Notes: generated by a model from the letters alone, not told the origin. A stretch of DNA of 64,000 bases from Octopus sinensis (GCF_006345805.1 NC_043003.1:97898001-97962000), one strand, 5' to 3'. Counted from the stretch's first letter, positions 12,884-27,120 are shown. Program-made: numbers and translations.

Positions 12884-15013
12884 CACAATGTAACAATAAA
12901 AAAAAAATTTGTTTATTGTATTTTTTTTTATTGTTTATCAATCCATTTTTTCTGCTGATTCCAAAACTGAAATTATTTTTGTGTATCATCAACAGTTAAG
13001 AAAATATGTCGACTTTCAATATTATTATGTATTCAGTATTGTTATAATGTTCCGCTACTAAATGCATGTCTAATTTTCTCTTTCAGACCACTTACTAAGT
13101 TCTGCTACTTTCAGGATGGCTACTAGAGTATCTAAAAATTCTCCAGATACATTTACTATGTGTGTGGTTATTATATTGGAAAAAGCAGGTATTACATAAG
13201 ATCGTGAATGGCGCCAAATTGTGGATAGCATACAGACTATTTCAGAATGCCCATGGGTGACTAGGACAAACCATGGGCCCTACATGTGATATGTGGAAAC
13301 TGTCGATCTACTCTAGAAGGATGGTTAACAAGTACAGGAAGGGCAATGCCTTTTGCCATTCCAAGAGTATGGAGAGAGCGAAAGAACCATCGCGATGACT
13401 TACTTTTGTATGATCAATGTGACAAAGTACAGAAAAGTGAAAAGAAGAAAAGCTCTTCAGTATCCAGACATACCATCATCTAGTGCACCTGTCCCACATA
13501 ATAACAGTTTACGAGTATCACTACCACCAGAAAATATTTCATCTGAAGAGTCAACGAGTAGCAGTAGCCAAAAAATGGAGGAAACTTTCGTACCAAGAAC
13601 GACTTCGGAGCCTCACTTTCCAAATCAGAGTGAGCTTGATGATTTAATCAGGGATCTGGGTCTTACTAAGTCAGGAGCTGAACTTCTTTCATCAAGTTGA
13701 AGGAATGAATTTACTGGGGAAGGAAGACTGAAAGACATCTCTGTATGGAAAACGCCATGAAGAATTTGAATTTACTATGAAAATATTAATGATCTGTGTT
13801 ATTGTAAAGATGTGATTGGTTTGTTTACTGCTATTGGACTCAAGTATGATTCTGCAGAATGGCAACTGTTCATAGATAGCTCAACACGAAGTCTCAAAGC
13901 AGTGTTGCTCCACAATGAAAATAAATATCCTTCTTTGCCTCTTGCACACTCCAATGTCAAAGAACTTCTCGACAAAATAAATTATGCTGAGTTCAAGTGG
14001 GATGTTTGTGGTAATTTCAAGATGCTTGCCTTCTTGCTTGGCTTGCAAGGAGGATACACAAAGTATTCATGTGGGACAGCAGAGCTGATGATCATCATTA
14101 CAAGAGAGTACATTAGCCTCCACGAGTGGAATTGCAGCCAGGAATGTTAAATGTTCTCAAACAGCCACACATAGATTCCAACAAAATCTTATTACCCCCA
14201 CTTCATATCAAACTCGGATTAGTAAAACAGTTTGTGAAGGCCTTAGATTTTAGAGAAGCAGCTTTTCAAGAAATTTGTCTTATGTTTCCAAAGCTATCTG
14301 AGGCTAACGTCAAGGGTGACATATTTGTTGGGCCCCAAGTAAATGCAATGTTAAAGTCAAAGAAACTGGAAAGAGCGATGACGAAAGTTGAAAAAGAAGC
14401 TTGGTGTGCATTTCGTGATGTAGTTCGTGGATTTCTAGAAAATCACAAGGATCCTAATTACAAACAGCTAGTAGCAAAGCTTATTGAAAACCTCAAGAAA
14501 ATGGGTTGTCGTATGTCCTTAAAGGTTCATTTTTTGCACTCTCGCCTAGATATACCCCCGAAAACTTGGGTGATGTCAGTGAGGAGCATGGAGAAAGATT
14601 CCATCGGGACATCGCAACTATGGAAAAAGATACCAAGGACGATGGGATATTGCTATGATGGGAGATTATATATGGTCTCTAGTCAGAAGAGATGAAGGTA
14701 TACACTCCAGAAAATCTCGATCATCAAAGCACTTCTCATCTTAAGAAAAGAGTTATCAAGGCATTTACAGTGCAGTTTTATTGTTTCTTTTTGTTTTAAT
14801 ATTATACTTCCTACATACCTTTTCAGTATATGAAAAAGTACTAAATGTTGTGTTGTTGTGTAATTATCCCTACAATACTAACGAGTAAATATGAAATTAG
14901 GAATAAATAAATAACTATCGATGTTACGTCAAAATGAATGATTTTTTAATTTAGTGGCAAAAGTGCATATAGGAACATTAAAAATACAAATAAACAAAAC
15001 GTGTTACATTGTG
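12884..15013 (+). mobile_element. Chapaev3-like (CMC superfamily) DNA transposon, 2130 bp, decayed
   Basis: 12-bp TIR CACAATGTAACA / TGTTACATTGTG, 3-bp TSD TAG on both sides, and a disrupted transposase inside. Confidence 0.85.
13116..14744 (+). pseudogene. Chapaev3-like transposase, frameshifted
   Basis: Motifs across frames: YVCG...CGNC, SAPVPH, FIDSSTRSLKAVLLHN, WDVCGNFK, LLPPLHIKLGLVKQFVKAL, MSLKVHFLHS, S-EEHGERFHRDI. Family assignment comes from recalled motif and terminus pattern. Confidence 0.8.
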
Positions 15014-15184
15014 TAGTTTATAAATTTCATAAAAGTTTCAATAGATTATTACAAATATTAAAATTCTCTATGCTTTTATTGGATTCTTTATTCTGTCAAT
15101 TTTAACATTTTTCATATATATATAAAAATAGTTATTTTAACAATATATACACACATAAAAAAACTGGTTTCAAAGTTTGGTACA

Positions 15185-15372
15185 AAGCCTACAGTTTTAG
15201 AAGTAGTGTTAAGTCGATTACACCGACCCCAGTCATCGACTGGTTATTATTTTATCGAACCAGAAAGAACGAAGGGCAAAGTCGATCTCGGCGGAATTTG
15301 AGCTCAGTACGTATAGACAGAGGAAATGTCGCTAAACATTTCGTCCGGTGCGATGACGATTCGGCTAGCTCG
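15185..15372 (-). mobile_element. SINE family B fragment
   Basis: Same core as 1181-1358. Confidence 0.75.
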
Positions 15373-15824
15373 CTGTGTTACACACACAAACAGTATAATC
15401 TATAATATATTCATATTAAAACATATATCACATATTATACATATTATTACTATTTACTTTTTAGCCCTGTGGTCTCAGGTCCTGTCCTCAACGTGACACC
15501 TCGGGCAGACCAAAACCATGTGAATGGATTTTGTAGACGGGATGTGTAATAAGCCTGTCGTACCTACCTACCTACCTACCTACCTACCTACCTACCTACC
15601 TACCTACCTACCTACCTACCTACATACATATATATATATATATATATATACATATATACATATATATATATACATATATACATAAATATATATATATACA
15701 TATACATATATACATAAATATATATATATATACCTACCTACCTACCTACCTACCTACCTACCTACCTGCCTACCTACCTACCTACCTACATACATATATA
15801 TATATATATACATATATACATAAA

Positions 15825-16026
15825 ATCAAAATAAGCAACAAGGATATCCAGAGGTAATGCAGTACGATCGTTTCATGAAAGAATTTAATTAAATTCTATG
15901 TCTTTGTGCGGCTGAGGATTGCTCTGCATTTTAAAGTGATGTAATGATTGCATTGTTCAGTTAAATGGAGTCGCATGAAACGATCGTACTGCATTACCTC
16001 TGGATATCCTTGTTGCTTATTTTGAT
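15825..16026 (+). mobile_element. Fold-back repeat (53-bp perfect inverted arms) carrying a hammerhead motif
   Basis: 15825-15877 is the reverse complement of 15974-16026; TGCGG CTGAGGA...GAAA C GATC G TA CTGCA at 15907-15993; family members at 40331 and 43828. Confidence 0.85.
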
Positions 16027-16365
16027 TATTTTAATCACCTTACTTTGAAATTGTATGGATAATACCGTACTAAATTCTGGTGCCTCAACTTAAGTACCAT
16101 ATTCATCTGAATCTAATTTTTTACATATATACATATGTATATAGTATCTGTATGTGACCATTTGTGGTGCGTTTGGCCTTCCCACCCACCGCTTGACAAC
16201 TGTTGTTGGTTGTTTTAGCATCCCCTAACATAGAGGATGGACAAAAGAATCCGATCGAATAAGTATCAGGTTTAAAAAATAAGTTCCGGAGTCTATTTAG
16301 TTGAATAAATTCTACAAAGAGGTGCCCCAGCATAGCTGCAATCCAATGACTAAAACAAGTAAAGG

Positions 16366-16404
<39 letters not shown>

Positions 16405-16407
<3 letters not shown>

Positions 16408-16573
16408 AATGTAATATGTAGCAATTATTCGGTGGCCATGATAAAACTCTGAGTTTCGGATGTCGAGGTGGAGTTTTATCATGGGTACCGAATAATTGTC
16501 ACATATTACATTTACAGATAAATTCCTCTATTTACATAATATCGAGGTCTCTTTCATTCTTTTTATCTTACCA
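16405..16573 (+). mobile_element. Mini fold-back derivative of the 37.1-38.3 kb family
   Basis: 45-bp inverted arms (16405-16449 / 16471-16515) plus a one-sided ~60 bp tail shared with 38212-38272; retains only the GAAAC-stem III half. Confidence 0.8.
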
Positions 16574-16610
16574 TTTATTATATATATATTGTATGTATGT
16601 ATGTATGTTG

Positions 16611-16641
<31 letters not shown>

Positions 16642-16694
16642 TGTATGTATGTATATATATATATATATATATATATTTATTGTATTATATATAG

Positions 16695-16725
<31 letters not shown>

Positions 16726-16740
16726 ATATATATATATATA

Positions 16741-16785
<45 letters not shown>

Positions 16786-16867
16786 CACACCATATAGAAA
16801 CCATATACTATAAAAAACCATATTTTAAAAATCAATAAAGTACAATGAATAGTAAATAATGGTAAAA

Positions 16868-16990
16868 AGACTACGCACGTTTCATGGCTATATTTTCAAA
16901 TAGATAATAATAATAATAAAATCAATTCGATTCAAAATTAAATCGAACTAAAATTAATTCTATTTAAAAATATAGTCACTCATCAGATCT
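16868..16990 (-). ncRNA. Type I hammerhead-like motif with extended stem II
   Basis: Minus strand AGAT CTGATGA GTGACTATATTTTTAAATAG...CTATTTGAAAATATAGCCAT GAAA C GTGC G TA GTCT. Confidence 0.75.
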
Positions 16991-17420
16991 AAGATAATAA
17001 ATAATAAAAAATGATGATTGAGTAAATGTACTTAACTTATACTAATTATCAAATAAATATATAAAAAATACGTGTATTAACTATAAATAATCGAAAAGCA
17101 TGTAACAATATTTCTTAAAATAAAGTTGATGTACAAAACAATATTTTAATCACTGTAACAAATCATCTGTGCTGGTTGATCAGCAAGTAATTACAGACCG
17201 TCTTTCTCGGACTCGGAGAGACTATTGGTTGTATGTATGTATTATATATATATATATATATAATATATATAATATATAATATATATATATATAATATATA
17301 TATAATTCAGCAAAAACAATTAAGATTCAAGTGAATTCCAATGAATTCAATGAAGCTGGTACTTAACTTAGATGCACCAGAATTCTTTATGGTATTAACC
17401 ATAAAATAATGTGGGGTGAT

Positions 17421-17532
17421 TATAACCAAGAAAAAAGCAACAAGAATGGATTAGTAGTTTAGTACAATGTTTCATAGTAAGAACAATTGTACTAAACTAC
17501 TAATCCATTCTTGTTGCTTTTTCTTGGTTATA
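17421..17532. repeat. ~48-bp fold-back abutting (TA)n
   Basis: tataaccaagaaaaaagcaacaagaatggattagtagtttagtacaat inverted around gtttcatagtaagaaca; the left arm read on the minus strand gives GAAAC-ATT-GTA. Confidence 0.85.
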
Positions 17533-17557
17533 TATATATATATAGATAGATATGTGT

Positions 17558-17598
<41 letters not shown>

Positions 17599-17799
17599 TG
17601 TACACGCATATATATATATATGCATGCATATATATATATATATGTACATGTTGCCTCCCTTTGTCCACTCTCTAGACTTATTCTTACTTTTCAAGTATCC
17701 AAAAGGGCAAGACTCCATTGTCACAAGAAATGATTAGTTCATAATGTCCCCTGAAAAGCTAATTTGAATAGCGAAAACCAGTTAAATATCACGACATCC

Positions 17800-17838
<39 letters not shown>

Positions 17839-17891
17839 ATTCTTTATAAAAAGATATTAAACTTTTTATATATTTCCACATATTTTCAAGC

Positions 17892-17929
<38 letters not shown>

Positions 17930-18770
17930 AATATATATAATTATATATTTATTTCCCACCAATAACGCCATGCTCGAATTCTCCTCCTGAATTTCGGGGA
18001 GTTGTGTAGAAATATTTTATTAAATTTGTGCTTATATACGCATAACAATACAATCATGGATTCTTGCACACATACATATGCCTAGATACCTCTGTCTGTA
18101 TAGATTTATATTTTGTTTTTATTTTTCTATACATACCTCCTTGCGATTTTGTTCCTGAACTCCGCCATAGTGACTCATTCGGTAATTGTTAATTCATATT
18201 CATACTTAAATGTCTAGGTTTTCTATCCCTTTTCAAGCCTTTCCTGTGTTAAATTAACAATCGAGTTTTGACCAATAAAACTTTTATTAACTTCCTGAAG
18301 AAATAATTATAATACCCTAAATTATACATGCGGGATTTAAAGTTGATTTAAAAACGTGATCTGAAAGCTGATTTGAAAGAAATTTTTAATAACTGTTTTA
18401 AAAAACTTAATTTAAAAATCTGATGTGACAAAAACTCAAATTTAAAAGCCATAATGTATAAAAAATAATACAAAATCTAAATGAAGTAACTGAATTAAAA
18501 GAATTTGTATACCGACAAATACAAGCTTATGTTTTGTGTAAAGTTATATATATTTCACATCAATAACGCCATGCTTGAATTCTCCTCCTGAATTTCGGCG
18601 AGTTGTGTAGAAATATTTTATTAAATTTGTGCTTATAAGAATTTCTGCCGAAGAGTTCTTCCTTAGCGAAAATAATTCTTATAGGTTCTATGGTTCATAT
18701 ATCGCAAGGATATCGATTCTTCCCTCAAGCTTTTGCATTAACTACTCTGATCTTATCCAATCCGTTTCAG

Positions 18771-19026
<256 letters not shown>

Positions 19027-19269
19027 CATATATACAAATATACAAACGTACATATAAATTATTACTTGCGTACACTATCACATTTTCTGTGCAATCTTAA
19101 CAACTATATATATGAGTGTGCGTGCATGTGTGAGAGGGTACGTGTGCGCGTGCGCGTGTGTATATGTATGTATGTATGTATGAATGTATGTATGTGTGTA
19201 TGTATCTATCTTTCTATGTATGTATACACACACACGCACACGCAGGCAAACACACACACGCACACGCAG

Positions 19270-19315
<46 letters not shown>

Positions 19316-19644
19316 CATATATTGAGAAAAGGGAGGCAGTCAGAATTTTGGATAATTCTCTCTTCGCGCTTTCGTTCGTTAACCGAACTCTTCAAGACAA
19401 AAATTAAAACCATTTTCCAAAATTCTGACTCCCTCCTTTTTCTCGATATGCAGCATCTGTACACCACTTCAGACATTCTCTGCTTACATACATATGCATA
19501 CATACATATGCATACATACATATGCATACATACATGCATACATACATGCATACATATGCTTACATACATGCATACATACATGCGTACATATGCATACATA
19601 CATGCATACATACATACATACATATATACATACATACATACATA

Positions 19645-19682
<38 letters not shown>

Positions 19683-19709
19683 TATATATAATATATATAT
19701 ATATATATA

Positions 19710-20483
19710 GGTGAGATCCAGGCCATGATTGACAACGATCTCTCCAAGTCAATCAGGTCAATTGCCAAGGACATGGGAGTTACTTATCAGGTAGATATTG
19801 CATGAAGACATTCAGTATTCCTCATACAAGATGAGAAAGGGCCAATTTTTATCCGATGTCATCAAAGGCAAAGGGAAAGACCACGCTACGAAGCTTTTAA
19901 ACAAACTCAAGCATCCCCTCGAACGAAACATGCTTTGATTTTTCTCAGACGAAAAGCATTTCTGCCAGTATCAGATGGTGAACAAACAGAACAACCGTTG
20001 GCTTGCCCTGTCCCGAAAATATGTACCGAGAGTGATAAAAATCAACATCCAGTCAACATCACGGTGTTTGGAGTGATCACTAGTAATGGTGACGCTATGC
20101 CTCCATTCATCTTCTCACATGGCTTCAGACTCAACACGGAAGCCTACATCAAGCGCCTAGAGGAAGTAGTGCTGCCCTGGATCATGAGGGTGGCTGTTGG
20201 AAGACCCTATGTCTGGTAACAGGACTCTGCACTATGCCACACAAGCAGGAGAACCCAGTCATAGCTGTCAGACAATTTCTGCGACCACATCATCACTAAC
20301 GTCTGGCCATATAACTACCCAGGCTGCAACCCCCTTCATTGTTATGTGTGGGGCGCAGTTGAGCGAGATACCAACAAATATAACTACCACCAAAGATGAA
20401 CTGAAGGGAAGGATTATGGCAGCATTCACCACCTTAAACATGAAGACCGTCCAGAAGAGCTGTAGGGGATTCCGAAGTTGTTT
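19710..20483 (+). pseudogene. Tc1/mariner transposase fragment, maT/DD37D-like
   Basis: Across frames: FFSDEKHF, KHP--VFGVITSNGDAMPPFIF..GFRLN, PYVW*QDSA, degenerate WP---NP; several frameshifts; 5' end lost in (TA)n. Confidence 0.8.
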
Positions 20484-20570
20484 CGAATTCTCCTCCTGAA
20501 TTTCGGGGAGTTGTGTAGAAATATTTTATTAAATTTGTGCTTAAAAGAAGTTACACTTCGCAAATTTCTG

Positions 20571-20602
<32 letters not shown>

Positions 20603-20971
20603 TGTATGTATGTATGTATGTATGTATGTATGTATGTATGTATTATGTTGTATGTATGCATGTATGTATGTATGTATGTATGTATGTATGTATTTTGTAT
20701 GTATGCATGTATGTATGTATGTATGTATGTACGTATGTATGTATGTATGTATGTATGCATGCATGTATGCACGATTGCATGTTCGTTTCTCGTCATATTT
20801 ATCGAATTTCACACTAATGGAAAAAGAGCTGGTTTCCACTCTAGAAACAGGACTTTCTCGTTGGAATTCAAGATATTTTTATGTATTTTGGTAAAAATAT
20901 CTGTTAAAATGAGATGTCAGTGTTATTTTCGTTTTGTATAATTAAGCCGTCAATTTATTCACTGCACCCGT

Positions 20972-21034
<63 letters not shown>

Positions 21035-21238
21035 CAACACACACACATATATATATATATAGATATATATATATATTATATATATATATGTATGTATATC
21101 AAATATATATATATATATGTATGTATGTATGTATCTACATATATATATGTATATATACAGACTAGGATGCAAAATTACATACGGAGCAATGTGTAGTTGT
21201 TGCAATTGAAACATATGTTGGTCATTGTTATATATATC

Positions 21239-21278
<40 letters not shown>

Positions 21279-21786
21279 AGCATGCATATATATGTACGTA
21301 TATATGCATGTATTTATACGCACAAATACGTATATAAATATGAGAAATTGAAGTGGAGTTTTCAAGCCGACCAAACACTCTTCAAGTTTTATTGTGTTCC
21401 CACTGCTTACAAGTGGTGAGGTGTTCCTCTTATGCCGTACGTATTTACTATTAACTGGAATAAGCCCTATTGTTGTTGCTACTGCAATTGTAGTTGTTGT
21501 TGAACCCCAGGTCAGCTTTGACAGAGTGGATCTATATTCAAAGGAGTTCCAGTCGTGATCTTCCAGTGTTTTCCCCTTCGAAAAAAAAAAAGAACCACAT
21601 ATAGCTTGACATACACGGGTAGTCATTGGGGGAATTTGCTGGTATGTCTAAGAGGTTACTCACTTTAACATTTCACTATCGGTTGAACCTTGCGTGCCTT
21701 TAACTCTGTTGCAAGTACTTGGTCCTCATCCCAGTTTCTTCCAGTGTTTTGTTCTTCCAGAAAAAGTTCTTTAGTAGGTATTAGTC

Positions 21787-22013
21787 ACTCTTTTACTCTT
21801 TTACTTGTTTCAGTCATTTGACTGCGGCCGTGATGGAGAACCGCCTTTAGTCGAGTAAATCGACCCCAGGACTTATTCTTTGTAAGCCTAGTACTTATTC
21901 TGTCGGTCTCTTTTGCCGAACCGCTAAGTTACGGGGACATAAACACACAAGCATAGGTTGTCAAGCGATGTTGGGGGGACAAACACAGACACACAAACAC
22001 ACACACACACACA

Positions 22014-22045
<32 letters not shown>

Positions 22046-22175
22046 TATGTATATACATATACATATATACGACGGGCTTCTTTTCAGTTTCCGTCTACCA
22101 AATCCACTCACAAGTCTTTGGTCGGCCCGAGGTTTTGGTAGAAGACACTTGCCGAAGGTACCACGCGGTGGCACC
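21787..22175 (-). mobile_element. SINE family A, 5'-truncated
   Basis: Reverse copy of body and tail. Confidence 0.85.
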
Positions 22176-23008
22176 TTGGGCAAGCCACATAAATGTTATC
22201 GATCAAGGAATGCTTGTAAAGACCTAGAGGAATATCCCTTCTAAACTTATTAACAAAAGGCAGCGAATACACAGATACACTCACATAAACGCAGTTTCAA
22301 TCAGTTACACGCACTCAACTTCTGATGCAGCACTCCCATAGATAAACATGGCGAAAATAAGCGATTGGCACATATAAAGATGTAATGTTGGCACAAACAC
22401 ACGTTCATACAGATACACACTCATACACATTTACATCCATGTCTATGCACATGTTTGCACGCGTTTACTAAAAAGCTTACACACACACATATACAAACAC
22501 TTACACACACGCATACAAATATATACAGAAACAGACGTACATGCTTTGAAACCAAACTGTATATACATCTGCGTGTCTGTGTCTGTGTGTATGTGTATGT
22601 TTATATATGTATGTAATAATGTAAATATGTTGCGCGTATGTGCGTGCGTACGTATGTTTGCATATGCGTATAATATATAAATATAATTATATTATACATG
22701 CATATGCATATAGATGTATTATGTCATATAAATACATACACAGATTCGTATATGTACACACACACATACACACATATGCATATATACGCAGATTCATATA
22801 TATGTGCACGCATGTATGTATACACTATATACATACATATGTACTCACTATATATATAAATATATATACATATACATACATGTCTGTATATATGTATGTA
22901 TATATATATATGAATACAGTATAATCTATCTATATATATGTATATATATATACATTATACACACATACATAGGTATACATACACATATATAAATATATAT
23001 GTGTATGT

Positions 23009-23050
<42 letters not shown>

Positions 23051-23074
23051 TATATGTATATAATTATATATATA

Positions 23075-23109
<35 letters not shown>

Positions 23110-24810
23110 GATATTATATATATATATATATAAATATATAGATGTATGTATATAAGTATGAGCTATACATACACATGTATGTATACACTAGAAAAATTAG
23201 AATTAGAATTACAGACATCTCCAGAAACCTCAGTCATACTGAGTAAGTACAGATTAATAGATACACATAGCTTAGATTAGACATAAACAAACTCACGCAC
23301 ACACACATACAAACACACACAAAAGCAAACACACACAGACCACAGGAATACAAACACACACACACACACACACATGCATGCACACGCACACACTTACACG
23401 CACAGATATATACATCTATATTATATGAACTGACGGATACATTGACTGGCATCCAAACACACACAATCACAGACGTATACACACACAGACGACAGGAGTG
23501 CAAACACACACACACACAGACCACAGACCACAGACATATCTGTGACGGTGCAATAGTGGTATTGACATCTAAGTTGGAATCCTGAAATATTTGGTGGTTT
23601 TGAACTGATACCATTATAAATTGGTTATGCAGGCTACATAAACAACATAACAAACACGCAGCTCTCCCTGTGTATATATGTGCGTTTGTATGTCTCTATG
23701 TGGGAATAGATGTATGTATGTATGTATGTATGTATGTATGTATGTATGTATGTATGTATGTGTGTGCATTGCATGTATGTATGCATGCATGCATGTATGT
23801 ATGTATGTATGTATGTATGTATGTATGTATTTATGATGTACGTGTGTCAATGTTTGCGGCTATGTATACGTATGTGTGTGTATGAGTGTATGTGTGAGTA
23901 TGTGTACATATATGTGTACATACACGCGTATATATGTAAATACACACATATATGTGTTTATATATATATATACATACATAAATATATATATATATATACA
24001 CTTACATACACGAATCTATATATATATATATATATATGTACACACATTAAATGCATAAATATTTCTGTAAAAATGTGTATGCACATATGTGTTTATGTTT
24101 GTGCATAGACTTATACATACACGCACCCATATAAAGCAATTCCGCCATATTCAGCTGTTCTTGACTGATCCCTTTTTATCGACCTCCGAGGAAATAAAAA
24201 GAAATCTCAGCAGAATTTGAACTTACAGTGTAGGCATTCAGAAACAATTCATCCTCATAAATCATTTGTCATTCTATCAAATCCTCTAATTCGCCTTGAA
24301 ATATAATGTCCCTCTTATAATGGTACATCTTACGCTTCAAATTACTCTAAAGCGTCATATAGTGCACAAGGAATGTTGTGATCCAAATTCTGAACGCATG
24401 CCTAACTAGTGCTAGTTTGTATAAGCCAGTAGTGTCTCCGTGTTTAGAAGATTGTGCTCTAACGAAAGTCTAAGAATACTAGAAACTAGCCAAAGAATTT
24501 CAATCTTTCAGCAGTACACAGAGCGATACAGCTCGTGGTTTAAACGCTTTGCTTGTTTTTCACATGGTGCTTAAACATTTTATATTGTAGAAAAGCCATT
24601 GGGTCACCTAATATAGTTAAATTAACGGTACATTTATTTCTCCTGTAGTCATAATCTTCGTCGAAAAACTACAACATTATAATTGGCACAACTTCATTTC
24701 TTAGCAAGGCGTATTTCTAAAATTTATTAGAAAACTTACAATATATATATATATATACTGGCTCAAAGGGAAGCCACCTTCAGCCGTTTTGAACGAGACA
24801 GTCACATAAC

Positions 24811-25760
24811 AATTAACTATTATTCATTCTGTGGGCCATGCCTACTGGGCCATGTCTTGGATTCGCAAAGTGATCCTTTTTATCAGTTTCTGAAGAATAA
24901 ATGTTCTTCCTTGGTTAATGGTACCCTACGCTAGATAGGATCCTATATATATTGCATTACCATACCTATATATGCGCATATATATTTTGTGCGTGTGTAT
25001 GTGACGAAGTATGTGCGTGTATATATGCACATACATGTAACTGATCTTGTGTAAGCATACGCATATAAAAAGGGTGAGGGTGAGAACGGGAGGGGTATAA
25101 TATGAGAGAGTTTTAAATATTGGTAGTTCACGTCCTACATACTTTATTTTCGTCTACTTCGCTATCCTTATTATCGAAACTGCCTCGCCTGTATCCCATG
25201 CTAATTGTCCTAAGTTACCAGACAGGTCTTAAAAACAAGTAAAGCGCACTAAACGGAATACATTTTCATCTATAAAATCTATTTAACTGAGTTTTATTTT
25301 GATTAATCGACTTAGATCTTGTCTGACATACAATATGCTGGTTGTTTTGTTGATAATGGATTATATACAGTTGGTCTATTTGCATTCTGTTGACACGCCC
25401 ATGAAGTGATATAAATTTATCCTGTATCGCGGATTTATTTTATGATTGATTGTGTTTGAAATCAAGATGTCTGAGGAGGTGCATGAAGAGTAATGTTATT
25501 GCATCTGTCGCATATATTTCATATATAAGTCAATTTTACACGTGTTATGGAATAATCGACGTTCGTTTACGAAAACGATCGTAACATCGACACGAGTTCT
25601 CTTTTCCTCCATAAAATTAACTATTATTCATTGTGTGGGGCTTATAACATGCCTACTGGGCCATGTCTTGGATTCGCAAAGTGATCCTTTTTATCAGTTT
25701 CTGAAGAATAAATGCTCTTCCTTGGTTGATGGTACTCTACGCTAGATAGGATCCTATATA
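24811..25760. repeat. ~140-bp direct repeat pair
   Basis: 24811-24949 and 25615-25760 are nearly identical (aattaactattattcatt...gctagataggatcctatata). Confidence 0.85.
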
Positions 25761-25823
25761 AAGTGCTCGATGACGGGATCACCCGATTATTCATATCCCC
25801 CAATGTTTTTATAAATACATATA

Positions 25824-26213
25824 GGCGCAGGAGTGGCTTCCCAAGCACATTGTCTCGGGTTCAGTCCCACTTCGTGGCACCTTGGGCAAGTGTTTACTAC
25901 TATAGCCTTGGGCCGACCAAAACCTTGTGAATGGATTGGTAGACGGAAACTGAAAGACGCCCGTCGTATATATATGTATATATATATGTGTGTGTATGTT
26001 TGTGTGTGTTTGTTCCCACCCAATCGCTTGACAACCGACGTTGGTATGTTTACTTGCTCGTAAGCTAGCGCTTCGGCAAAAAGAGCCCGATAGAATAAGT
26101 ACTAGGCTTACAAAGAATAAGTCCTTGGGTCGATTTGTTCGACTAAAGGCGGTGTTCCAGCATGGCCGCAATCAATTGCCTGAAACAAATTAAAGAATAA
26201 AAGAATAAAAGAA
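25824..26213 (+). mobile_element. SINE family A
   Basis: ggcgcaggagtggc head with an internal deletion; taaaagaa tail. Confidence 0.85.
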
Positions 26214-26270
26214 CATACATACATACATACATACTACATACATACATACATACATACATACATGCATACA

Positions 26271-26430
26271 TTGTCTACTCCTCATGCAGAGTCTGACTAC
26301 CACTTGTACTTCCACCTTAAGTCCATCATGGCGTCTGATGTGGCTTTTTAAACCAGACATTCTATTAAAAAAACACCCACATAGATTGCATATCTGATTT
26401 GAACCACCAAAAGCTGCAATTAAGTTCTTA
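26271..26430 (-). mobile_element. RTE/BovB-like LINE 3' end
   Basis: Minus strand CNLCGCFFNRMSGLKSHIRRH (C2H2 finger typical of RTE C-termini), followed by a (TATG)n tail. Confidence 0.6.
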
Positions 26431-26600
26431 TCTTTGTGGATCATAAAATACATACGTACGTACGTATGTACGAAGGTATGTATGTACATACATACATACA
26501 TACATACATACATACATACATACATACATACATACATGTATACATACATACATACATACATACATACATACATACATACATACATACATACATACATACA

Positions 26601-27067
26601 TCTATCTGCCCATCGGATGTTAATATAAAGCTGCAGATCAGTGAAAAAGAGAATACCTACATTGAACTATCGAGAAATCTGCAGTTACTCCATCCAGATT
26701 ACAAGTTCAGGTTTATATCTGTAATTATTGAGGCACTAGGATATGTAACACACTGCCTATATACCATTCTTGAGTAATTAGGCTTCTCAAAACCAGAACG
26801 GAGAAAGCTGATTCGAAGACTACAGATCCAAGCCATCACTGGAACTGTATAAATCTGTAAAGTATATATGAGCATATCTAGATATGGAAGTATATGCATG
26901 AGAATACATACATAAAACAAAACATACAAATCTGCACGTACACATACATACATACATACATACATACCCTGTTGTTGATGTTGAAATTCCAATGAAGGAG
27001 ACTTGGATCTAGGTTAGAAACCGACTCTTTATTGGCAAGAAATTTTGAAATAAAACTGAATAATGAC
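26601..27067 (+). mobile_element. 5'-truncated RLE-type (R2-group) non-LTR retrotransposon
   Basis: CPSDVNIKLQISEKENTYIEL...FRFISVIIEALG...TGTV*IC resembles an RLE C-terminus; 3'UTR has internal (ACAT)n and ends aaataaaactgaataatgac; 5' flank is (ACAT)n. Confidence 0.65.
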
Positions 27068-27120
27068 GTACATGTATGCATGCATGTATGTAAGTATGTA
27101 TGTATTATGTATGTATGTAT

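Noticed and set aside
25535-25590. GAAAAC-GATC-GTA with an upstream hairpin
   Set aside because: No CUGANGA-like core; at most an unrecognisable relic.
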